Part shown: positions 1-9,585 of the stretch, piece by piece | How the letters are laid out: each line of letters starts with the position of its first letter | Position numbering within the stretch: the stretch's first letter is position 1 | Source of the DNA: a virus | IMG/VR virus record: IMGVR_UViG_3300027709_000056 | Span: 32,001-96,000 of that record | DNA: 64,000 nucleotides | Strand: one strand, 5' to 3' | Position numbers and translations under genes: made by a program | Notes under the pieces: generated by a model | What the model saw: only the letters and a program-made list of their open reading frames with translations | What the model was told of the DNA's origin: nothing | The model's database searches: none

Positions 1-196
1 CCTTCCGTTTCTGGTGGAAGTCAGTATGTGCGTCCATGATTTCTACTCTACGTGCAGAGCATAAGCGTCTTATTTCACTTAACCATCGCCTAGCGGCACG
101 TTTTGTACTTTCGCTTTTACGTTTTTCAAAGTTTTCGTTAGCCTTAAAGTATTCTAGGTATGCTTTTGTTAGTAAATCGTGTGTATCATCTGTCAT
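1..196 (-). CDS. Small basic helical protein, possibly Hc1 (histone H1-like) family; truncated by the window edge
   Basis: Manual translation from ATG at 196 (ATGA overlap with the gp46 stop): MTDDTHDLLTKAYLEYFKANENFEKRKSESTKRAARRWLSEIRRLCSARRVEIMDAH..., open to position 1. The AARR..L.EI..L...RR.EI pattern recalls the Hc1 N-terminal helices (from memory). Confidence 0.5.
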   Translation of the reverse strand, partial: MTDDTHDLLTKAYLEYFKANENFEKRKSESTKRAARRWLSEIRRLCSARRVEIMDAHTDFHQKRK

Positions 197-1965
197 TGCA
201 TAATCTCTACATCATTATCATAAGAAGTGAAACCGTTTTCTTTAATAACTTTTAATACGTTAGTTACTCTACCCATCAATTCATCTTTATGTGAAATAAG
301 ATAGATGTTTTTATTACGCTCTCTACCCATTTTCTTTAGAATGCTTAATGCTGATTCAACACCAGCTGTATCCATACCACTATCTATTAGCTCATCAACA
401 AACAATAAGTTAACGTGTTGATATAAACTTTCCCAAACATCTCTAAATGAAAAACTTAATCCTAGGATTAATCTATTACGTTCACCTCTTGATAAGTTAT
501 CAAAGTCTAAGTCTTGACCAAGTTGTGTAATTTCCACATTTAAGTCATTTAAGAATTTAACAGAGTGTGGTAAGCCAACTCTATCAAGATAGAAAGTAAG
601 TCTATTATTTAAATAGTTAAGATTTTGATCAATAATTTTCTTTCTTATGAAACTATCTTTATTAGTTAATAGTTTATATAAAAATTCTTGGTGTTCTTTT
701 TCAGAGTTTAACGCATTAATAGTGTCCCAATTAACTTCTTGTAATGCTGTATGTTTTAAATCATCAATTTGTTCTTGGTAAGGATCAGTTTCTTCTTCTT
801 TTTCAGTTAATACCTTTTTCAAGTTTTCAACATTACCTCTATGTTCATAGGCTTCTTTAGCTGTTTCATAAAATGTATTAGGCTTTCTACTTATATCACC
901 AATGCTTTCTAATTTCTTTTGTACTTTTTCTTGCTTCTCAGCAATTTCAATCATATATGTATGTGCATCACCATAGTCTGCTTGAATTGAGTTTTTCATT
1001 TCTTCAAGTTTATCGGTATGTAATTCTTGACCACAAGCATAACATATTGCGTGTTCGAGGTTATCAAGATCAGCACCTACCTTTTGTACGTTTTTATCTG
1101 CTTGTTCTAATGCACGTTCAACAGTTGCTAATTCTTTTGTAAGGTTCTTATGATGCTTATTAAGATCAGTCCATTCAGATAGTCTTTCGTGATCTTCTAA
1201 TTCACTGTCAATATCTAATTGTTCTAGTTCACGAATTCCTTTTTGCAGTTTAACACAAGTCTCTTTATTTTGTGCTATCCAAGCCTTACGTCTACTTTGT
1301 AGTTTCTCAATATTTTCTTTAATCTTTTCATTACTATCTTGAACCGCAGTTAGTCTTGCATTCTCGTGAGTAGTTTTATCTCTATTAATACGTATTTGCT
1401 CACGTAACAAGTCTGCTTTTTCAGATAGTATAGTAATACCTAATAGTTGTTCTATAATAGCACGTTGATCGTTGTTCTTCATTGCTAAGAACGGTAGTGT
1501 ATATGTGTTTAAAGCGAGTATATGCTTAAACATATCATGGCTCATACCTAGTAATGTATTAATATCTTGTTGTGTTTTACGAGAATCGCCTTGACTTTCG
1601 TCAGTTATTTCCTGATCTTCATTATTAATAGAAAATTTTAGTAAATTAGGCTTTCTGCCCCTTTCAATGTGGTATCTTTCTCCATTTTTTTCAAAACTTA
1701 AAGTAACTAACATACCTTTGTTGTTAGTTTTGTTTACTAAATTGTCACGTCTAATGTTTGTAAGAGCCATTCCATACAATGCATAACTTAACGCATTGAT
1801 TATTGTTGTTTTACCAGTACCATTACGTGATCCAGCATCATCACCACCTTGATCTAAGTTTTCACCAAGTACAAGTGTTAACTGATCTCTATTAAAGTTA
1901 ATTGCTTGTGTAGTATTACCCACACTCATGAAGTTTTTAACAGTTAGGTCTTGTATTTTAATCAC
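193..1965 (-). CDS. gp46: Recombination endonuclease ATPase subunit (T4 gp46 / SbcC / Rad50-like)
   Basis: Walker A RNGTGKTT, long coiled coil, zinc hook CYAC, signature LSRGE, Walker B LLFVDE, H-loop ISH; directly downstream of the gp47-like gene. Confidence 0.95.
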   Translation of the reverse strand: MIKIQDLTVKNFMSVGNTTQAINFNRDQLTLVLGENLDQGGDDAGSRNGTGKTTIINALSYALYGMALTNIRRDNLVNKTNNKGMLVTLSFEKNGERYHIERGRKPNLLKFSINNEDQEITDESQGDSRKTQQDINTLLGMSHDMFKHILALNTYTLPFLAMKNNDQRAIIEQLLGITILSEKADLLREQIRINRDKTTHENARLTAVQDSNEKIKENIEKLQSRRKAWIAQNKETCVKLQKGIRELEQLDIDSELEDHERLSEWTDLNKHHKNLTKELATVERALEQADKNVQKVGADLDNLEHAICYACGQELHTDKLEEMKNSIQADYGDAHTYMIEIAEKQEKVQKKLESIGDISRKPNTFYETAKEAYEHRGNVENLKKVLTEKEEETDPYQEQIDDLKHTALQEVNWDTINALNSEKEHQEFLYKLLTNKDSFIRKKIIDQNLNYLNNRLTFYLDRVGLPHSVKFLNDLNVEITQLGQDLDFDNLSRGERNRLILGLSFSFRDVWESLYQHVNLLFVDELIDSGMDTAGVESALSILKKMGRERNKNIYLISHKDELMGRVTNVLKVIKENGFTSYDNDVEIMQ

Positions 1966-2977
1966 GATCTTCTCCTAACTTGTTATAAATGTCAAGTAGT
2001 TTTGTCTTATCATAATTATCAGACTCAATAGCTTGAATTTCTTTAGCAACAATTTGGTCAACACTTTCGAATTTTGTAATATCAATGTCAGTATTAATCT
2101 CTTCGTCTTTATTATTTGGTATAAGTGTAATCTCTCTACACTCATATTCATTAATAAATGTTTCTTTAATGAAACTTGCTTCTTCATATGATATAGGTAA
2201 GTCTAATGTAACTCGCAAATACATCTTTGGTTTAAGTAATGTATCTTTTTCATCTAATAAGCGTGATAATTTAACTGTACGATACTTGGGACAATTCCAC
2301 CAGTTAAGATATTCAGGAGCGCCGCCGTGCTCTAATATCATCATACCGCGTTCATCGTCCCAAGCATCAGCATAGTTATGAGGTAATGCATTACCTATAT
2401 AATTAATACAGCCTTTAACTTGTCTTTTATGGAAGTGTCCAGAGAACACATACTCTTGATTTTTAAAATGATCAGGTTGGAGCTCACCTGTGTCAGGCAT
2501 TTGTACCATAGCGTTCATATAAAACGTTGGAAGTTCAAAGTGACCAAATACATATTTGCTTTTAATCTTCGGAATCTGTTTCCATTCGTCGCCCACAAGC
2601 CAAGGTATTAAAGTAGTATCACCTTTTGTTGTAATTTTGTTGATAATAGTAATGCCAGGAATGTGTTTTCCAAACTCTACAGAATGAATATCACGTTTGT
2701 CTTTATAATATAGGTCATGATTGCCAGGAAAGAAGTAAAAGTTTTTAAATGCTTTACCAAGTTTTTCCAAACTTCGTAAAGTAGCGTCCATGGTAGTAAT
2801 ATTTAGACTGTTTCTATTGTGATGCCAGTCACCCATAAAGATACCGGTTTCACAATTATGCTTTTTAGCTTGGTCAATATACCAATCTATAAATTCTTCA
2901 CAGTCGTCATTGTGTACTTTACTGTTTGATTTTAATCCAAAGTGTATATCCGTAAAGACGGCGGCCTTTTTAAACAT
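1958..2977 (-). CDS. gp47: Recombination endonuclease nuclease subunit (T4 gp47 / SbcD / Mre11-like)
   Basis: Metallophosphoesterase motifs DIHFG, GDWHH, GNHD, GHFE, SGHFH; paired with gp46. Confidence 0.95.
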   Translation of the reverse strand: MFKKAAVFTDIHFGLKSNSKVHNDDCEEFIDWYIDQAKKHNCETGIFMGDWHHNRNSLNITTMDATLRSLEKLGKAFKNFYFFPGNHDLYYKDKRDIHSVEFGKHIPGITIINKITTKGDTTLIPWLVGDEWKQIPKIKSKYVFGHFELPTFYMNAMVQMPDTGELQPDHFKNQEYVFSGHFHKRQVKGCINYIGNALPHNYADAWDDERGMMILEHGGAPEYLNWWNCPKYRTVKLSRLLDEKDTLLKPKMYLRVTLDLPISYEEASFIKETFINEYECREITLIPNNKDEEINTDIDITKFESVDQIVAKEIQAIESDNYDKTKLLDIYNKLGEDRD

Positions 2978-3829
2978 TTACTTTTCTTTTACCTTTTTTT
3001 CTGCAGGTTTCCAGTTTTTATTATGTTCTTTCATTTCACGTTCCCACGCTCCTTGATTTTGTCGAGTAAATGATGGGTTCATATGATTCATTTCTAAAAT
3101 ATCGTCCCTAATGTTTTGATTGCGTTTTTCAATGTTAATAATTCTAACAAATGAGTTTGTAACTGCGGCAGTATAGTATGCAAATGGATTGTTTGATTTA
3201 GATTCGTCAAATTGTAAGCCTATTTGTGCAAGTTGTAAAATTGCTTGACCTTTCATTTCGTCATTATACGTATATCCTCTAACATTGCCTCGAGTTGCAT
3301 ATCGCTCACATAGTTTCATCCACATCATTGCAAGTTTTTCAGTTGCTTGTCCACAACCTTTATCATAATAGCCGTTTTCCATACCTCCAACCCAATGGCT
3401 TTTGCCAACGCATACTAATTCACCTTCGTCGTTAAACTTATAATGTTGAAATGGTGGGAAGTTTAGCTTTTCTTTAGTATCAGCTATAGTTTTTGGCTTA
3501 CGTTTACGCCCTTTATCGTCGGGTATATGATCAAACATCATTATTCTAAAAATAACGTCTGTTTTGTTTATTTTTTTATAATCAATTTCGCAGTCTGCTT
3601 GTTTTACTTTTTCACCGTTAGCTTTACGTTCTTCATAGTCTTTTTGACCTAAACGTTTGGCTTTATTCCGCTTTGCTTCAGCGGTTGTGCGTATATTAAT
3701 CTTATCTAAACTTGGTAAGATTATATCGAATTGGTTAAATGTATCTTCTGTGTAACTTGTAAATGTGTTTTTTGATTTGTGGATCTCCGCTAAAAGATCT
3801 CGATTGTTCAAATAATTCACCTTTCTCAT
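2978..3829 (-). CDS. gp55: Late-transcription sigma factor (T4 gp55-like)
   Basis: YLNNRDLL and RGYTYNDEM...QFDESKSNNPFAYYT...NSFVRII match the gp55 pattern; T4-like order 55-47-46. Start placed at ATG 3829 behind a GGAG SD (the ORF track starts at 3841). Confidence 0.85.
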   Translation of the reverse strand: MRKVNYLNNRDLLAEIHKSKNTFTSYTEDTFNQFDIILPSLDKINIRTTAEAKRNKAKRLGQKDYEERKANGEKVKQADCEIDYKKINKTDVIFRIMMFDHIPDDKGRKRKPKTIADTKEKLNFPPFQHYKFNDEGELVCVGKSHWVGGMENGYYDKGCGQATEKLAMMWMKLCERYATRGNVRGYTYNDEMKGQAILQLAQIGLQFDESKSNNPFAYYTAAVTNSFVRIINIEKRNQNIRDDILEMNHMNPSFTRQNQGAWEREMKEHNKNWKPAEKKVKEK

Positions 3830-3851
3830 TAAATTCTCCATGTAAGCTCTT

Positions 3852-3880
3852 ATTATAAACTATGTACTTAATAAAGTCAA
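3852..3880 (-). promoter_or_regulatory. Host sigma70-type promoter for the gp55-47-46 operon
   Basis: Minus strand reads TTGACT (3880-3875), 17 nt, TATAAT (3857-3852), just upstream of gp55. Confidence 0.75.
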
Positions 3881-3881
3881 C

Positions 3882-3887
3882 TAAATA
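3882..3887 (+). promoter_or_regulatory. Putative late promoter (TAAATA) for the baseplate operon
   Basis: cTAAATActtgtAGGAG...ATG(3907); resembles the T4 late consensus TATAAATA, and the motif recurs before most operons in the window. Confidence 0.65.
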
Positions 3888-3906
3888 CTTGTAGGAGTAT
3901 AACCAA

Positions 3907-4848
3907 ATGGCGGCATCAGACGAAAATTTTATAGATCGATTGGCATCAAATGCTAGGTCAACTGTTGGTGGTATAGTCAATTCAGCAAGACAAGGTTTTG
4001 CACCACTTTTAGAAAATGGTCCAGCGGCAGGAGTTGGTAAGTTAATTCGAACCAATGCTTCAGACCAATTACCGAACATAATTAAAAATGAAAAGAACCC
4101 TGCAAGAAATGGTGTCGAACAGGCTCGATTTCCAGAAGCAACTGAAAAAGATTGGCGTGTTAAATTAAGTATTCCCAATATTGAACCTTTTAGAACAGAC
4201 TCGCACATTTTACAGCCGTTACGTGCGACTAACGGTTTAGTTTTTCCGTATACTCCTACGGTATTAATTTCTCATAGTGCCAGCTATAATGCATTACAGC
4301 CTACACATAGTAATTATCCGTTCCAAGTGTACTCACAATCACAAGTGGACCAGTTAGTTATTACAGGCGACTTTTTTGTACAAAATGGATTAGAAGCCCA
4401 ATATTGGGTTGCGGCGTTGCATTATTTAAGAAGTGTAACAAAAATGTTTTATGGTGGTACAACCGAAACGCAAGGAGCACCACCGCCAGTAGTTTTCTTA
4501 GACGGGTATGGAGATTATATTTTTGATCATGTACCAGTTGTTATAACTACGTTTACAATTGATATGCCAGACTCAGTTGACTATATTGCAACTGAAGTTA
4601 ATGCTGGTTCAGGTACACATTTTAATTCTGTTAAAAGAGATCCAACAGATAATGTAGCACCAGAAGCCGCGGCAAATCAATTCTATGGTGATGCTCAAAC
4701 TAATCCAAAACATCATAGTTGGGCACCGTCACAAAGTATGGTAGCTATAACTTGTCAACCGCTTTACAGCAGAACGCAAGTTGAAAAATTCAGTCTTGAG
4801 AACTTTGTTAACGGCGCATACATTGGTAATAAATCAGGATTTATTTAA
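3907..4848 (+). CDS. Baseplate/tail-tube initiator-like protein (gp48/gp54-like)
   Basis: First gene of the baseplate operon; LVFPYTPTV...ITGDF...LRSVTK..YG...PPPVVFLDGYG...PVVIT pattern typical of tube-initiator folds; precedes the LysM gene. Confidence 0.55.
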   Translation: MAASDENFIDRLASNARSTVGGIVNSARQGFAPLLENGPAAGVGKLIRTNASDQLPNIIKNEKNPARNGVEQARFPEATEKDWRVKLSIPNIEPFRTDSHILQPLRATNGLVFPYTPTVLISHSASYNALQPTHSNYPFQVYSQSQVDQLVITGDFFVQNGLEAQYWVAALHYLRSVTKMFYGGTTETQGAPPPVVFLDGYGDYIFDHVPVVITTFTIDMPDSVDYIATEVNAGSGTHFNSVKRDPTDNVAPEAAANQFYGDAQTNPKHHSWAPSQSMVAITCQPLYSRTQVEKFSLENFVNGAYIGNKSGFI

Positions 4849-5150
4849 TGCCAGCATATTCATCATCAAGCCCTTGGTATACTACAGGATATTCTAATAC
4901 CGGAGACACATTAGGTTATTTTAGAATTAGACCTGTTCCCGCATCACCAGATGATCAACCTTATACAATTGATCCTCAATATAATCATAGACCAGATCTT
5001 CTTGCATACGATTTATATGGTAGTCCGAAACTTTGGTGGATATTTACTCAACGTAATATGGACATACTTGAAGATCCAATATATGATTTTGAATCAGGAG
5101 TTGAAATTTTAGTTTTAAATGCAAGTGCCGTAAAAGATCTATTAGGATAA
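4848..5150 (+). CDS. gp53: Baseplate wedge LysM-like protein (T4 gp53-like)
   Basis: YTIDPQYNHRPDLLAYDLYGSPKLWWIF motif; 100 aa; position in the baseplate operon. Confidence 0.75.
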   Translation: MPAYSSSSPWYTTGYSNTGDTLGYFRIRPVPASPDDQPYTIDPQYNHRPDLLAYDLYGSPKLWWIFTQRNMDILEDPIYDFESGVEILVLNASAVKDLLG

Positions 5151-5154
5151 AAAT

Positions 5155-8001
5155 ATGTTATTCAATATACTTCCAGAAACTTTAAAAAAAACAAGTTTGG
5201 CCGCTACGATCGATAAAGCCAAAGAAGCAATAGTGACTGGTGGTGCAACAGTTAGCCAAGAAGCAGAAAATTTAGTAGCTAATTTTGAAAGTTCACAGGC
5301 GGGTGGTGCATTGGTTGATCAGTTTGACGACTTTAGTAATAGAGCTACTGATTTTGTTAAAAGCGACCAATTTAGTGAAGCTACTGATATAGTTGCTAAC
5401 AAATTACATTCTGTTGCCGGCGAAGTTACAAGTAAACTTAATAGTGCTGGTAATGTTATTAATGAAATTACAGGCGGCGGCCAAAAAGATGCCTCAGATG
5501 CAGTAAAAAGTTTTTTAGATTCGAAACAAGGTCAAAAAATAACCAAAGAAGTCCAAATTATCGGTCAGCAAGTTGGTCAAGAAATTAGAAATTTTAAAAA
5601 AGGTATAAAAAAAGAGTTACCTAGTCTTCAGCCAAACGTATTAGAAAATTTTGTTAGTTCTAATTACGTAATTTCATTAGGTGTATTATCAAATAGAGAA
5701 TTAGAAAGACCTAATGACACATATTATAAAAATGGCGAACCTGAAACAATGATTATTAAATCAGGTGGTGGTTCACAAAGTTTAGGTTCGAAAAAAGTAA
5801 TGACTTCTTTTGAAAGAGCCGCAAAAGGTCCACCTAGTGAAATCAAAAACGAAAACAGAGTTGAATTTTTTATAGAAGATTTACAGATAGAGTCAGTTAT
5901 TACACCTAATGCAAGTACACGTATGGCTACTATTAATAAGTTTAGTTTTAAAGTTCTAGAGCCATATAGTATGGGACAATTTTTAGAAGCTCTTGCAATT
6001 GGGGCTCGTCGAGCAGGCCATCAAAATTATATTGGTGCACCATTTATTTTAATGCTAGACTGGGTAGGACATCTTGAAAACGGCCAAACAGCTAGATTAG
6101 GTGATTTTGATTATAGACCATCCAATGGGCCTGTTGGCAAACATAGAAAACGTTTTTTGCCTTTAAAATTACTTAAATCAGGAATGCGTGTAAATGCTGG
6201 TGGATCAGAATATGAAATAAATGCTGTTGCCTTTAATGACATGGCACTTTCTGATGTTGTTCAACAAATTCCAGGTGATATAGAAATAGAAGGTGATACT
6301 GTAGCTAAAGTATTACAAACAGGTGTTAATAGTTTAACAACTAAAATTAATGAAGTTTTATTAAAGCGTGATGCTGATAATAAATTTAAGTTTGCAGATG
6401 AATATGTAATTTTATTCCCTACAAAACTAGGAAGTGAAGATGAATTTGATGAAGGTAACGATGAAGGTGCAATAAAAGATTTAGGAACAATTAAAGCCGT
6501 AGAAGAAGCACGTAAACAATATAATCTAAACCCTAATGGTACAAACGAAGAACAATTAAACAAAGCATTAGAAGCCAACCAAATGGATTTCGAAGCCTGG
6601 ACTAAAAAGAATTTAGGTATATCAGTAACAAGAGACAAAAAACATGAGTCGTTTAAAGATTCATTACAAGAAGATGCTAATATTAATAAGATAGGAAAAT
6701 CAGAAGTTCAATTTTCATTCTTACAAGGTGGTAATACTAAAAATTTACCTGATGGATTTGTATATGATGAAAAGAAAGAAGTATATGTATTAAGAAATAT
6801 GCAAATTCCTAAAAATGGTCGAGCTTTTAGATTTACAAAAAATACTAAAATTAATAATATTATTGAAGAAATAGTTATTCAAAGTAACTATGGTAGACAG
6901 CTTAGAGAAGCGGCTAGTAAAGACGGCACTAAGGAATGGTTTAAAATTGAAACACAAACATATAATATACCTGTTTATGAAGTAGAAGCTACAAAAGGTC
7001 GTTTTCCGAAGCTATATGTTTTTAGAGTTGTACCATATCATAAGCATTCTGGAGTTTGGACATCACCAACAGCTACAGCTAAAGGTGTTAAAGAAATAAA
7101 AAAGAGAGTTGTTAAAAATTATGAGTATATTTACACAGGTGAAAATAAAGATGTTATTGACTTTGATTTAAATTTTGAATATAGATTTATAACTCAAGTA
7201 TCTGCAGATCATGGTGCTACAACAAAAGATAGACAAAACCCTGGACAATTTGCTACAACACATGAAGCAAATTTAATTAGACGAGAACAATCTATTGCAG
7301 AAGGCGAACATCAAAATAAAACTCAAGTATTCGGCCCTCACCTACCAGTTAAAGAAGAAGAAAAAATAAAAACAGGTTGGAAGTCTCTTAGAGAAATGCC
7401 TTTAGTTAATATATCTAAATCAGGAATACGAGCTGTTCCTGCCGGCGAAGCAGACCAGATAGCTAGAGATTTTCATGAAGCTACTGTTAATCATAATGTT
7501 GATTTAATGAGAGCTAATTTAGAAATATGGGGAGACCCGTATTTTATATCTGATAGTGGAATGGGAAACTATAACAGTAAAGGTAATTTCGAAGAATATG
7601 TTGATGAACATGGAATGATGCATTGGCAAAACAAATCCATTTATATTAATTTAAATTTTAGAACACCATTTGATTATGATAAAGACGGCCGCCTGGCTTT
7701 TCCAACAGTTGGTGGAAAAAGATTAGAACACTTTAGTGGTCTTTATCAGCCAATTAGAGTTACATCTAATTTTAGTAAAGGAAGTTTTAGACAAACATTA
7801 ACACTTCTAAGAATGAATAATCAGACTGGTAAACCAAATGCAACTGATGAGACTCCAGTCCATCCTAATCCACATAAAAATACAAATAATCAGACTGGAG
7901 TGGTTGGATTAGCAGGGAATTCTGTACCTCCGTCTAGAAGAGGTTTCACTGGTAATAATGCCAGTTTAGCTGGCGGCGCCGACAACAGGCGGGTGGGCTA
8001 A
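5155..8001 (+). CDS. Baseplate central hub protein (gp27/gp44/late control D-like)
   Basis: 948 aa, located between the LysM and spike genes; C-terminal LEIWGDPYF...FSGLYQPIRVTSNFSKGSFRQTLTL resembles hub beta-barrel ends. Confidence 0.55.
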   Translation: MLFNILPETLKKTSLAATIDKAKEAIVTGGATVSQEAENLVANFESSQAGGALVDQFDDFSNRATDFVKSDQFSEATDIVANKLHSVAGEVTSKLNSAGNVINEITGGGQKDASDAVKSFLDSKQGQKITKEVQIIGQQVGQEIRNFKKGIKKELPSLQPNVLENFVSSNYVISLGVLSNRELERPNDTYYKNGEPETMIIKSGGGSQSLGSKKVMTSFERAAKGPPSEIKNENRVEFFIEDLQIESVITPNASTRMATINKFSFKVLEPYSMGQFLEALAIGARRAGHQNYIGAPFILMLDWVGHLENGQTARLGDFDYRPSNGPVGKHRKRFLPLKLLKSGMRVNAGGSEYEINAVAFNDMALSDVVQQIPGDIEIEGDTVAKVLQTGVNSLTTKINEVLLKRDADNKFKFADEYVILFPTKLGSEDEFDEGNDEGAIKDLGTIKAVEEARKQYNLNPNGTNEEQLNKALEANQMDFEAWTKKNLGISVTRDKKHESFKDSLQEDANINKIGKSEVQFSFLQGGNTKNLPDGFVYDEKKEVYVLRNMQIPKNGRAFRFTKNTKINNIIEEIVIQSNYGRQLREAASKDGTKEWFKIETQTYNIPVYEVEATKGRFPKLYVFRVVPYHKHSGVWTSPTATAKGVKEIKKRVVKNYEYIYTGENKDVIDFDLNFEYRFITQVSADHGATTKDRQNPGQFATTHEANLIRREQSIAEGEHQNKTQVFGPHLPVKEEEKIKTGWKSLREMPLVNISKSGIRAVPAGEADQIARDFHEATVNHNVDLMRANLEIWGDPYFISDSGMGNYNSKGNFEEYVDEHGMMHWQNKSIYINLNFRTPFDYDKDGRLAFPTVGGKRLEHFSGLYQPIRVTSNFSKGSFRQTLTLLRMNNQTGKPNATDETPVHPNPHKNTNNQTGVVGLAGNSVPPSRRGFTGNNASLAGGADNRRVG

Positions 8002-9569
8002 TGTCAAAACGAATAGAAGGAATCACAAGAGATAAACAAACCGAAGCACCGGCTAATGGGCCGTTCTTGGCTAAAGTTATCAGTCATGTTGATTCAAAGT
8101 TTATGGGGAATCTTACTGTACAGTTATTAAAACAAACTGCTACTGGTAATCAAGATTCAGCATCAGGACAGGTTTTTGCCGCAAAATATTTGTCACCCTT
8201 TGGAGGACAAACACCAATTTGGTCAGCATCAAAAAATGACACGTATAGAGATAGTCAACAAAGTTATGGTATGTGGATGGTTCCACCTGATCCAGGAACA
8301 CTTGTATTAGTAATATTTGCAGAAGGTAATATTAATGAGTGTTTTTGGATAGGTTGTATTCAAGATGAGTATATGAACTTTGCTACACCAGGAATCGCGG
8401 CAACTACGTATACAACTGATGGCACACCAGAAGAGTTAAAAGGTAAAAAACTTCCTGTAGCTGAATATAATAAAGCACTAGAAACCGCACAAGGGCAAGA
8501 CCCAACACAATTTTTAAAACCGTATCAAAAAGAATTTACAGATAGTTTAGTAACACAAGGATTATTAGAAGATGAAACTAGGGGTATAACAACTTCTAGT
8601 GCTAGACGTGAAGTTCCTAGTACAGTATTTGGTATTAGTACTCCAGGACCTTTAGATAAAAGAGTCGGAGCACCAAAAGGTAAAGTTGGAACTACAGATG
8701 CTCAAGCTCTTGTGCATAGAAGTAGACTTGGTGGATCATCATTTGTAATGGATGATGGTAATGATAAACTTTTAAGAAAAAATCCTGCAACTATGGCTCC
8801 ACCAGAATATGCAAATGTTATGCTTAATGAAACTAATGGTAATAGAACATTGCCACATAATGAATTAGTTAGATTAAGAACTAGAACAGGCCATCAAGTA
8901 TTATTACATAATACAGAAGATTTAATTTATATTGCTAATGCAAAAGGTAGTGCTTGGGTTGAGTTAACAGCAGACGGAAAAATAGACATTTATGCAAAAG
9001 ATAGTATGAGTGTGCATACTGAAAATGACTTTAATTTAACAGCAGATAGAGATATTACAATGGAAGCTGGTGCAAATATATCAATAAAAGCAAGTGGATC
9101 TTATCTTAGTACTGAAGATCCTAAACTTATTAAGGGTAGAATACAAATAGAATCAGCGGCAAATACTAAAATGTATGTTGGTGGAAATCATTGGGTTACT
9201 ACGCTAGGAAATTATGAAGCTAAAACTAATGGTGAAACTAAAATTACATCGGGTGGACAATCACATATTAAGTCGGGCGGTAATCATATAGAAACTGCTC
9301 CACAAATTCATATGAATGGTCCAGCGGCATCGGCCGCACAGATAGTTACACCTCTCAGTAAGCATATTTTACCAGGTACGCCAACAGGTAGTTTATTAGG
9401 TACTATAGGACAAAGAGCACCTATGCATGAACCGTGGTCGCATCATGAGAATTTAGATCCAACAAAATTTAAAATCGCGTTAACAGATAGAGACAATATA
9501 CTAACAGTAATTACACCTGAGGTTGTTCCTCCAACGCCTGACCCATTTAAGAAGGAAGGGATAAAATAG
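8001..9569 (+). CDS. Baseplate spike / gp5-VgrG-like protein, no evident lysozyme domain
   Basis: N-terminal OB-fold pattern (GPFLAKVISHVD...WMVPPDPGTLVLVIFAEGNINECFWIG); RTRTGHQ followed by beta-helix repeats; His-rich tip (IHMNGP, PMHEPWSHH). Confidence 0.7.
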   Translation: MSKRIEGITRDKQTEAPANGPFLAKVISHVDSKFMGNLTVQLLKQTATGNQDSASGQVFAAKYLSPFGGQTPIWSASKNDTYRDSQQSYGMWMVPPDPGTLVLVIFAEGNINECFWIGCIQDEYMNFATPGIAATTYTTDGTPEELKGKKLPVAEYNKALETAQGQDPTQFLKPYQKEFTDSLVTQGLLEDETRGITTSSARREVPSTVFGISTPGPLDKRVGAPKGKVGTTDAQALVHRSRLGGSSFVMDDGNDKLLRKNPATMAPPEYANVMLNETNGNRTLPHNELVRLRTRTGHQVLLHNTEDLIYIANAKGSAWVELTADGKIDIYAKDSMSVHTENDFNLTADRDITMEAGANISIKASGSYLSTEDPKLIKGRIQIESAANTKMYVGGNHWVTTLGNYEAKTNGETKITSGGQSHIKSGGNHIETAPQIHMNGPAASAAQIVTPLSKHILPGTPTGSLLGTIGQRAPMHEPWSHHENLDPTKFKIALTDRDNILTVITPEVVPPTPDPFKKEGIK

Positions 9570-9573
9570 AGGT

Positions 9574-9579
9574 TAAATA
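9574..9579 (+). promoter_or_regulatory. Putative late promoter (TAAATA), 6 nt before the gp25 ATG
   Basis: gtTAAATAtacattATG in a 16-nt intergenic gap. Confidence 0.55.
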
Positions 9580-9585
9580 TACATT

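Noticed and set aside
7968-8000. GC-rich patch with a short CGCC/GGCG stem just before the spike start
   Set aside because: The stem is only about 4 bp and the patch is explained by the GGADNRRVG codons; too weak to call a translational hairpin.
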